From Rhodothermales bacterium (GTDB lineage Bacteria > Bacteroidota > Rhodothermia > Rhodothermales > Bin80), in assembly GCA_964291275.2 (NCBI GenBank), contig OZ219799.1, positions 2,585,145 to 2,649,144 on the forward strand: DNA of 64,000 nt. The letters run 5' to 3'. The position numbers and the translations under genes were made by a program. The first letter of the stretch is position 1. Each line of letters starts with the position of its first letter. The notes beneath the pieces are model-generated. The model had not been told where the DNA came from, made no database searches, and was given only the letters and a program-made list of their open reading frames with translations. Below, in pieces: positions 9,379 to 16,929 of this stretch.

Positions 9379-9463
9379 AGCCAAAATATATTTTTTTGAT
9401 GTAGATTTACAAAGAACATAGCACCGTGTAAGCTCTACCTGATCTGGAGAGTCCTACTATACC

Positions 9464-9496
9464 AGCCGTGTGAGTTGAGAGGCTCACGCACGGTTC
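9464..9496 (+). ncRNA. Group II intron domain V (catalytic hairpin)
   Basis: agccgtgtgag ttga gaggctcacgcacggttc matches the domain V consensus: an AGC triad at the 5' base, a 2-nt bulge in the 3' strand, a tetraloop-type cap and a ..ACGGUUC 3' end. Confidence 0.8.
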
Positions 9497-9520
9497 TGTG
9501 AGAGCCGGGGGGTGAAATCC

Positions 9521-10955
9521 CATAAGCGTTAACTTGTTTCCTATTTGATTATCTTTAGGTATCTCTACACGGGAATTGTCGTGATTTCAGCATTCTGAAT
9601 TCTAACCGATTTGGTAGAATGTTGGATATACCTGTGATTGATCATTCAACCATCGTAATCAGATGAAGGGAACCGTAACACGCGCGCCCGAGGAAGAGGA
9701 TTGGGCGGTTGTGCTCTCGTTTTTACCGAAAAATTGGCAGGAGTTGGCCGAGGAATCTGGTGCATTGCGCGGGCTACGTAAGGATAAGTCGCCGGAATGC
9801 CTACTTCGAACCTTGTTGATCCATTTAGGATGTGGTCATTCGTTACGAGAGACGGTCATACGAGTTCGTCAGGCTCAGATTGCGGATCTATCTGCGGTCG
9901 CATTGTTCAAGCGCCTGAAGAAGTCTCGTAGGTGGCTTCATGCGATGTGTGTTGCGCTGTTTCAGGAGCATGGAGTTGGCGTATCGGCGGGAGTGGGACG
10001 TCAAATGCGTGCGTTTGACGCGACCCACATCAGTGAGCCGGGACGTACGGGATCTCTATGGAGACTCCACTACAGCATAACCCTACCTGCATTGGGTTGC
10101 GATTTTTTCAATTTAACAGCGACGAAAGGAAAAGGGACGGGGGAGTCCTTGAAGCAATTTCCCATCCGGTCAGACGACTATATTTTGGTGGATCGGGGAT
10201 ATGCAACCGCTCTGGGAATCCAGCATGTGGAGGCATCTGGCGGCTATGTGACCGTGCGGGTCAATACTGGAGCCTTGCAGTTCGAGACGAAGCCCGGCCA
10301 GTCCTTTGATTTATTAGCCTCCGTGGAATCGATCAAACAGGCAGGGAAGGCGGGGGTCTGGACGGTATTCATCAAAACCTCACCCCCAATCCAAGGACGT
10401 ATTTGTGCATTGCGCAAAGCAGACGAAGCCATCCAAGAGGCAGAGAATCGGATCTTAAAGACGGCAAAGCGCAAGGGGCATCGACCACGAGATGAAACCT
10501 TACGTTATGCGCGCTATGTTATCCTGTTTACGACCTTCCCGGTCGATGAATTTTCGGAGAACGATATCCTGGAATGGTATCGATTACGCTGGCAGGTGGA
10601 ACTGGTCTTCAAACGATTCAAATCATTGGCCCAACTGGGACATCTGCCGAAATTAGATGAGGAAAGTTCACAGGCGTGGCTCTACGGGAAGCTAATGGTT
10701 GCACTGTTGACCGAAAAAATCATCCGACATGCACGGACATTTTCCCCCTGGGGCTATCCAGTGCAGACGAAGTGCATGGAGAGACTTTAAGTTTGCACTG
10801 AATCAAGTTGTGCGGGCAATTGAGCCACACTACGCCTTGAAGGAAATGATTCAGCATTGGCCTATCATTTCCAAGTCGCTGGCAGAGCCACCCAGACTCA
10901 GAAACTATCAAATTGAACGATATTTTTCTGTCACTAAAACAAGTTAACGCTTATG
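9521..10955 (+). mobile_element. IS4-family element with perfect 19-bp IRs and 10-bp TSD, inserted in the intron domain VI loop
   Basis: IRL is cataagcgttaacttgttt (9521-9539) and IRR is aaacaagttaacgcttatg (10937-10955). The TSD ggtgaaatcc lies at 9511-9520 and 10956-10965. Confidence 0.9.
9663..10790 (+). CDS. IS4 family DDE transposase
   Basis: Motifs seen: FDATHISEPG, ILVDRGYAT, and the YREK signature YRLRWQVELVFKRFK. Confidence 0.85.
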   Translation: MKGTVTRAPEEEDWAVVLSFLPKNWQELAEESGALRGLRKDKSPECLLRTLLIHLGCGHSLRETVIRVRQAQIADLSAVALFKRLKKSRRWLHAMCVALFQEHGVGVSAGVGRQMRAFDATHISEPGRTGSLWRLHYSITLPALGCDFFNLTATKGKGTGESLKQFPIRSDDYILVDRGYATALGIQHVEASGGYVTVRVNTGALQFETKPGQSFDLLASVESIKQAGKAGVWTVFIKTSPPIQGRICALRKADEAIQEAENRILKTAKRKGHRPRDETLRYARYVILFTTFPVDEFSENDILEWYRLRWQVELVFKRFKSLAQLGHLPKLDEESSQAWLYGKLMVALLTEKIIRHARTFSPWGYPVQTKCMERL

Positions 10956-10981
10956 GGTGAAATCCCCCCCGGCCACTTGAC

Positions 10982-11118
10982 CCAGAGCGGAGCGCATCTA
11001 TGGGAAGATCTAGGAGGTCAAGACGATCGGCAGAGGATACAGAAAATTTGAAAATTTCAGATCTGCAATTCTTTTCTTCTGTGGAAATCTAGACCTCTAT
11101 CCACAACATTCCCGGTAG
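10982..11118 (+). pseudogene. ISL3-type A transposase, 3' exon part (in-frame TAG at 11011-11013)
   Basis: It translates to (A)RAERIYGKI*EVKTIGRGYRKFENFRSAILFFCGNLDLYPQHSR. This matches the C-terminus of copy 2 (AKAERIIGKIQEVKTIGRGYRRFENFRLAILFFCGGLELYPQYS). Confidence 0.8.
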
Positions 11119-11122
11119 AACC

Positions 11123-11265
11123 ATCCATAAAGGTATTGGAGGTGGATTGGAAGAGGAAGTTATCAGGGTTATCACAGAGCACGCAAAATTCAAGCCAGAT
11201 ATCCATCAGGGAGCACGGTTCCAGTCAAAATGGTGGATGCCGGTTGGTTCAGGTTGCCGCGAGGA
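11123..11265 (+). pseudogene. 3' remnant of a third TonB_C paralog (frameshifted), abutting the ISL3 right end
   Basis: It translates to GIGGGLEEEVIRVITEHAKFKPDIHQG and, after a 1-nt frame change, SAVPVKMVDAGWFRLPRG. This parallels GGGLDEEVIRVITEHAKFKPGIYQG / SAVPFRMSMRIGFGTRR of copies 1 and 2. Confidence 0.65.
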
Positions 11266-11771
11266 CCTCCTGTAGGAACCGGACGTCTGTACAGGTTCCA
11301 GTGATTCTTCCATACGCGTTGGGGATGCCTAGATTTACAGAGGGGGCTTCCGCTTATTTAATGGGTTTCTTATCCATGCTGCAAGGTTTTTTAACTTATA
11401 TCAATGCGTGAAATTTTGCAGATACACGCTGTATATAAATTTCTTTAATCGGTCAAGAAAATGTAATGACGCAGCGCGTATTCAGATTGGCTTTGCCAAC
11501 ACTTGGGGTTTGAATTCTCAGGTTGTGTACATAGCTTCGACTTGAGTGCGTATTTCGGTTGATGTTGACCATCTGTTCCGTTGGGGGTTGACCACTTTTG
11601 GTGGACTACCGGAATGGTGGTTTCGGTTCGATTGGCCTGGCTGTCAGTGCGACTTGAGATTCTGTTTCAATCTAGGGTCTGGAATGGTCGTTAGCCAGTT
11701 TGGCGCGTCGCGCCGCAAGACGCAGCCGTATCCTTCGACGGCTTGCGGCGGTCGTGTGAATTGATCACCAA

Positions 11772-11982
11772 CGTCATTTTTCACTCTCGTGTGGTCGTCA
11801 GTGGAACGCTGGGCCTCGGGGAACATGCTCTGGCCCGCCTGCCTGCCGTCCGGGGGCTCCGAGTTCGGGACAGGGCCGCCTTCCATCTCTACGCCCACAG
11901 CTCGGTATCGTCGCGGCCGTCATTTTTCACTCTCGTGTGGTCGTCAGTGGAACGCTGGGCCTCGGGGAACATGCTCTGGCCC
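11772..11982. repeat. Tandem direct repeat, period 146 bp, with a perfectly identical 65-nt core
   Basis: cgtcatttttcactctcgtgtggtcgtcagtggaacgctgggcctcggggaacatgctctggccc occurs at 11772-11836 and 11918-11982. The flanking unit sequence is only loosely similar (gctccgag, gtatcg.cgc.g). Confidence 0.9.
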
Positions 11983-12106
11983 TTCGCTCCGAGCGCGTCC
12001 CTCCCTTGCCAGCCGACATACCGCCCTGACCTGCGAATCCAGCGGACGACGAGTATCGACCGCAGGTACTCATTCTATGCGGCTACGGCCACGATCTGGC
12101 AGTCGG

Positions 12107-14101
12107 TCACTGTTTGGATCTCGCGAAGGCAACGAGCGCTGCGTCCGTGCCCCCACCTGTAGCGATGACGACGAACTGCTGCCCCGAGCGCGTCCGGTAG
12201 GTCATCGGGTTCCCGTTAGTGGGAAACGGCGTCGCGCCACGCCAGAGTTCAGCACCGGTTTGCTTGTCGTACGCATACAGATATGAGGTCCCGCCGCCGA
12301 GCAATACCAAGCCCCCCTTAGTCACCAAGGATCCGGCGTTGCCGAACGTACCCAGTCGCTCCGGCAGGTCGACGCCGCGAAGCAATGGGTGCGAACGGAT
12401 CTCCTCGCTCCCTTCCCCGAAAGGCACCTTCCACGCAATCTCCCCCGCGTTGAGGTTGATCGCCACCAGATGTGCCCAGGGCGGCTTGGTGAGCGGGACC
12501 GGGCCAAGCTTGTTCTCGGGGGCCTCTACCGCGCCTGGTCCGCCGGCCTCCTGGAACATGGCGAGTGTCGCGCCATAGGGGCAGTTGTTGCTGTACTCGA
12601 CATCGACGCGCGGGTCATTGTCCGAATTCTCGCAGAGCTGGTTCGTATCGGCCTGGTCCGACGTACGCACATACAGGAGCCCGGTTTCGGAGTCGAAGGC
12701 CGCGCCGCCCCAGTTTGCGCCGCCGCTCGCGCCCGGGCGCTGAAGCGTCCCCTGAAGACTCGGCGGAGTGAAGAGTGGACCCAAGCGGAACCGTTGCATC
12801 CCGGCTACTGCCAGCTCATGGATCTCCGGGGTTAGATCGTTCGCATCTTCGAGGGACACGCCCTGCCTGCCAAAGGGCGGCGGTTTCGTCGGAAACAGCT
12901 GTGTCGGATACAATACCTCGCCTGGTACGTCGGTTAAGGTATCTACTGCCCGTTCCTCGATTGGCCACACCGGCTCGCCCGTCACACGATCGAACACATA
13001 GGTGAAGCCATGTTTCGAGACCTGAGCCACGGCATCAATCTCGCGTCCGTCCACGTTGATCGCCACTAGGTTCGGCGCTGCGGATAGGTCGTAATCCCAC
13101 ACGCCGTGGTGCACGGTCTGGAAGTGCCACTGGCGCTCGCCTGTGCGCGCGTCAAGACACACCAGCGACTCAGCGAACAGATTCGCTCCTACCCGGCGTC
13201 CGCCCCAGTAGTCACTGCTCGGCGTGCTCGTCGGCACATAGAGGAGTCCCCGCTCGACATCAAGCGACATCAGTCCCCACACGTTGGCATGACCGGTGTA
13301 ACGCCAGGACTCGTTCTCCCAAGTGTCCGCGCCGAATTCGTTACTCGATTGCGGGATGGTGAAGAACACCCAGTGCCGTTCACCTGTTCGGGCATCGAAC
13401 GCCTGCACTGTTCCGGGTGGGTCGAACACGCGCTGCACCCCGTCAGGTACGCGGCTGCCGACGATCACCAGATCCTCGAACACCACCGGAGGCGAGGTCT
13501 GGTCGAACTCGTGGCGGCTGACTTCGCGGTCATTCCCCTCGGTCAGCAAGACGCTCCCGCTCTCGCCGAAGGCCGTGTCCAGCTCACCGGTCGTAGCGTC
13601 GATCGCATATAGCCGGTCGCGGCTGTTGAGAAAAACTCTCGTGTCCTTCCCGTCGCTCCACCAGGCGATGCCTCGGTGCTTGAATCCAGTTGGCCCCGCA
13701 CCGACCGGTCCGCCCTCCCAGGCTCTCGGATCGAACGTCCAGAGTTCCGTGCCCGTTTCCGCGTCGAGTGCCACCACCCGCGTGTACATGGTGGGGAGGT
13801 AGAGGACGTCGTCGATCATGATAGGGGTCGCCTGGAAGGGACCTGGCCGCGTGCCGTACTCCTGGAGTGGCGTTTCATTCGGTTCCCATTTCCAGACGAT
13901 CTCCAGTTCGCTGACGTTGGCGGCCGTGATTGCCTGGGCCGACGAGTACTTAGTATGCGCCTGATCGGAGCCTACAAACGGCCACTCGGTAGTGGCGTCC
14001 GGCCCCTGGGCGCACGCCGCGGCGGTGGATACCATGACAATCGTGGCGATGATTTGAAGCCCCTGCTGCCTAATCTTCCATTTCTTCATTGATCCACACA
14101 A
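12107..14101 (-). CDS. PQQ-dependent (quinoprotein) dehydrogenase, secreted beta-propeller
   Basis: A 664-aa ORF with a signal peptide (IATIVMVSTAAACAQ). It has repeated W-containing propeller motifs and the glucose/sorbosone-dehydrogenase-like pattern (LYVPT, ANLFAESLVCLDARTGERQWHFQTVHHGVWDYD). The gene is visibly GC-rich. Confidence 0.75.
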   Translation of the reverse strand: MCGSMKKWKIRQQGLQIIATIVMVSTAAACAQGPDATTEWPFVGSDQAHTKYSSAQAITAANVSELEIVWKWEPNETPLQEYGTRPGPFQATPIMIDDVLYLPTMYTRVVALDAETGTELWTFDPRAWEGGPVGAGPTGFKHRGIAWWSDGKDTRVFLNSRDRLYAIDATTGELDTAFGESGSVLLTEGNDREVSRHEFDQTSPPVVFEDLVIVGSRVPDGVQRVFDPPGTVQAFDARTGERHWVFFTIPQSSNEFGADTWENESWRYTGHANVWGLMSLDVERGLLYVPTSTPSSDYWGGRRVGANLFAESLVCLDARTGERQWHFQTVHHGVWDYDLSAAPNLVAINVDGREIDAVAQVSKHGFTYVFDRVTGEPVWPIEERAVDTLTDVPGEVLYPTQLFPTKPPPFGRQGVSLEDANDLTPEIHELAVAGMQRFRLGPLFTPPSLQGTLQRPGASGGANWGGAAFDSETGLLYVRTSDQADTNQLCENSDNDPRVDVEYSNNCPYGATLAMFQEAGGPGAVEAPENKLGPVPLTKPPWAHLVAINLNAGEIAWKVPFGEGSEEIRSHPLLRGVDLPERLGTFGNAGSLVTKGGLVLLGGGTSYLYAYDKQTGAELWRGATPFPTNGNPMTYRTRSGQQFVVIATGGGTDAALVAFARSKQ

Positions 14102-14192
14102 ACCAGATCGCCCCGTTTAATTAATTACGGAAGATACAAACTCCCCACCATTTACATAAATAGGAAACGAGGGAAATGACTATGAATTCGGT

Positions 14193-14626
14193 TCATCTTT
14201 CGTAAGCTGGCGTGATCGTATTGAAGGGCAAGTACTGCTGCACCGCGATCTCTAAATCCACCCGGTGCTCCTGATCGGAGTAATAGATCGGCGTCAATTC
14301 TCCCAGTCGAAGCAACCGGCTGAGTTTGAAGGCATCCGTGTAGTCATCGTTGTTGCCGCTGCAACTGATGCATGCATTGTGTCGGGGATTACAAACGACC
14401 AGAGCGGTCACATATGGGCAAAGGCTCCCGGCGATCCAGCCGGCCAGTGAAGATTCCTCCGCCGCCAAGAATTTGACTTGCACAGGCAGCCCGCTCACGT
14501 AACCGATCAGCGCGGCCCCGAAGTTGAAAACTCCACGGTAGACACTCGGTGGCCCGACGGATCCATTGCTGCCAGAACACAGTTGCGGGCGTGGGCGTCC
14601 AGCCCCAGATAAAGACGTTTGTGCAT
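14193..14626 (-). pseudogene. IS110-family transposase N-terminal remnant (frameshifted, C-terminal domain missing)
   Basis: MHKRLYLGLDAHARNCVLAAMD (14626-) continues in another frame with AAEESSLAGWIAGSL..VVCNPRHNA..DDYTDAFKLSRLLRLGELTPIYY. No Transposase_20-type C-terminal half is present. Confidence 0.6.
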
Positions 14627-14753
14627 GTTAATTAAGGTCTGATGAGAATAACGAAGGGTACGAAACACAGGCCTGTTTTCATAAAGCTTCCTTCCTCGGT
14701 CTGCGGCCAAACCACTCTCTGATCATTTATGCGGAATGCATTCCTATATCCGG

Positions 14754-15974
14754 TTACCGCGAAATTTTTCTCACGGCAGTGAGGAGACGATCAATCTCCT
14801 CACCGGTCGTATAGCAGGCAACCCCCACTCTGATGAGCCCTTCAACACCCAGACGCGAGACCACTGTGCTTGCATAGAAATCACCGTGAGAAAGAAATAA
14901 TCCGTAATTACTCAATTGCTTGCATGCCTCCTCAGATGTTAGCCCTTGAATTGTGAAACCAACAGTAGGAGTACGTGCATCTAACGGTGGTGGTCCGTAA
15001 CAGATAATGCCAGGAATACTCTGCAATCCCTCCCATAAGCGTGTCACAAGATGCTGTCCACGCTCATGCAGTTCTTGGTAGGTGGCTTTTAATGCTGCAC
15101 GTCGGGGTTCGATGGGAGTGAGAGATGCAAGGAAATTTACCGCCTCTGCAGAGCCGGTGATGGCCTCATGACTAAGTGTGCCTGTTTCTAGACGCTCTGG
15201 TGCAGTTGAACCTGCCGGCTCGAGGCGAGGAACATTCAGGTTCTGAAGCAATGTTTGTCTTCCGTATAGTACTCCAGCGTGTGGACCGTAGAACTTGTAT
15301 GGGGAGCAGGTCAAAAAATCACACTCAAATGCTTTCATATCACAGAGTACATGTGGAGCGTAGTGGACCGCATCCACGAATGTAAGTGCATTGGCTTGGT
15401 GAGCGAGTCTAATAACCGTCTGCAAATCGTTGATAGTCCCCAGTGCGTTCGAGGCACCACCAATTGCGATCAATCGGGTGTGCGTATTGATCAAACTATC
15501 AAGATGATCCAGGTCCAGTTGTCCGGTTTTGATATCGAACCTTACTGAGCGTATCACAAAATTGCGCTCTCTGGCGAGGTCTCGCCAAGGATCAATGTTC
15601 GCGTGATGATCAAGGTCGGTGACAATTATTTCGTCCCCCTGGTGCCATTGACGCCCGAGAGAACGGGCTAGATGAAACGTTAACGTGGTCATGTTCTGAC
15701 CAAAGACAACCTCTGTGGGTCGGCAATTAAGAAAATCAGCGAAGACTGCACGAGCGTCATCAAGTATGGCGTCGGTTTCAGCACTGGAAGGATAGGCCCA
15801 GTGTGTGTTTGCATTGTGGTGCAGAAGGTAATCGACCATCGCATCGGTCACCATAGAAGGTACCTGTGTACCACCAGGTCCGTCGAAGTAGGCTACAGGA
15901 TAACCATTGTGTACACGCTCCAGTGCAGGAAAAGCCTGGCGGATAACTTCAGTTTTGGCGGTAGTGGGGTACAT
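14754..15974 (-). CDS. Cysteine desulfurase-like class V aminotransferase
   Basis: The N-terminus is YFDGPGGTQVP. HHANIDPW is present, the PLP-lysine region reads CSPYKFYGPHAG, and the C-terminus reads RVGVACYTTGEEIDRL. Confidence 0.7.
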   Translation of the reverse strand: MYPTTAKTEVIRQAFPALERVHNGYPVAYFDGPGGTQVPSMVTDAMVDYLLHHNANTHWAYPSSAETDAILDDARAVFADFLNCRPTEVVFGQNMTTLTFHLARSLGRQWHQGDEIIVTDLDHHANIDPWRDLARERNFVIRSVRFDIKTGQLDLDHLDSLINTHTRLIAIGGASNALGTINDLQTVIRLAHQANALTFVDAVHYAPHVLCDMKAFECDFLTCSPYKFYGPHAGVLYGRQTLLQNLNVPRLEPAGSTAPERLETGTLSHEAITGSAEAVNFLASLTPIEPRRAALKATYQELHERGQHLVTRLWEGLQSIPGIICYGPPPLDARTPTVGFTIQGLTSEEACKQLSNYGLFLSHGDFYASTVVSRLGVEGLIRVGVACYTTGEEIDRLLTAVRKISR

Positions 15975-16072
15975 TGAATAATAATGTTATCGCATAGCGG
16001 CGCAAGATAAGGATATGCCCCGCAATAGTGACGAACATCAGTTCAGGTTGAGTACTTTTTGTATTCTGGGGT

Positions 16073-16852
16073 ATGAATCCAGTAGTCATGAATGTGCTTT
16101 TTCTACAAGCCAGAGGATTTGATTTTTTTGGACCACAGCACCTGTCAACGCTTATTATTCTGATTGTTCTGTCTGTTTGGTTACCTGTATTTGCCCGTGA
16201 CCGATTACCCCCGCAGAATCAAATCTGGATAGCACGAGGGCTTGCAATCATTGTCAGTCTTGGAATTCTCAGCGCCGCCATATTCAGGTTGCTGACAAAC
16301 CAGTTCGATTGGCGTGTAGATCTACCGCTTGATTTGTGTAATCTGCTGGCACTACTGCTGCCAGTTCTATTCTGGAAACCACGTCCACGACTCGTCGAGC
16401 TGCTTTATTTCATGATCCTGGGAGGAACGGGGCAGGGAATAATCACCCCGAATTCCCCCGAAGGATTTCCGCACATTCTTTTTTTCAGCTATTGGATCGT
16501 TCATTGCGGCCTGGTCCTCCATATAATTTACGTGGTCGTCGTATGGCGCATATATCCCCGGTTCGTTGGCGTTCTACGTAGTATACTGGCGATGAATGTT
16601 TATGCAGTGGTGATGCTGGTACTCAATTATTTCATGGAATCCAACTATTTCTATGTGATGGCAAAGCCGGATACGCCATCACTCCTAGATGTTATGGGTC
16701 CATGGCCGTGGTATATTTTAACGGCTCAGCCGGTCGCGTTGTTGATTTTCTTCCTTTTATGGTTGCCGTTTTTTCGTCGTAACTCGACCACAGATATTCA
16801 CTTAGCCGGAGACACGTTACCGAGTATTAATATCGACAACGCAAAAGTATGA
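16073..16852 (+). CDS. Integral membrane protein, YwaF/TIGR02206-like
   Basis: A multi-TM protein with FGPQHL, LPLDLCNL, GIITPN and FFSYWIVHCGLV motifs typical of that family. Confidence 0.55.
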   Translation: MNPVVMNVLFLQARGFDFFGPQHLSTLIILIVLSVWLPVFARDRLPPQNQIWIARGLAIIVSLGILSAAIFRLLTNQFDWRVDLPLDLCNLLALLLPVLFWKPRPRLVELLYFMILGGTGQGIITPNSPEGFPHILFFSYWIVHCGLVLHIIYVVVVWRIYPRFVGVLRSILAMNVYAVVMLVLNYFMESNYFYVMAKPDTPSLLDVMGPWPWYILTAQPVALLIFFLLWLPFFRRNSTTDIHLAGDTLPSINIDNAKV

Positions 16853-16929
16853 CGGGATTGGAGATTATACGGTTGGTAGGTAGTAGTCTTTTTTCGGCAA
16901 CGACGGTTGTCATTGTACTGAACTAATTG

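Larger units (their letters stand above)
7988..9430 (+). mobile_element. IS110-family element inserted in intron domain IV (boundaries approximate, +/- about 30 bp)
   Basis: It contains a DEDD-type IS110 transposase. Intron-like sequences 7960-7987 and 9431-9461 can pair with each other (tatagcaggactcc..ggttgagct / agctctacc..ggagagtcctactata) and bracket a 1.44-kb interior, a typical IS110 size. No terminal IRs or TSD are seen, as expected for this family. Confidence 0.55.
6130..10981 (+). mobile_element. Group II intron (about 1.96 kb of intron sequence) carrying two nested IS elements
   Basis: The 5' end is GTGTG at 6130 and the 3' end is ..GAC at 10981. Removing 6130..10981 restores the ISL3 reading frame (aat g|cc aga gcg = N A R A, compared with N A K A in the intron-less copy 2). 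Domain V is at 9464-9496. A reverse transcriptase (RT)/maturase ORF lies inside. Confidence 0.85.
4990..11122 (+). mobile_element. ISL3-family element type A, copy 1 (about 1.28 kb of IS sequence plus a 4.85-kb nested intron complex)
   Basis: Terminal IRs are ggttctaccgcaattattgtggaata (4990-) and, as reverse complement of the right end, ggttctaccgggaatgttgtggatag (ending 11122). The same termini bound copy 2 at 34838..39444. No matching TSD is present (attctatc vs atccataa). Confidence 0.8.

Noticed and set aside
11136-11411. ORF 11136..11411 (+) as a small gene
   Set aside because: The meaningful signal in this stretch is in a different frame: the TonB_C remnant GIGGGLEEEVIRVITEHAKFKP. The listed ORF is an out-of-frame by-product.
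11772-11982. CRISPR array, or template/variable repeat pair of a diversity-generating retroelement
   Set aside because: Only two repeat copies exist, 65 nt long with an 81-nt spacer, and no cas genes are present. The repeats are identical rather than differing at adenines. The only reverse transcriptase nearby is a bona fide group II intron RT (YADD, X domain, domain V RNA) located inside an IS.
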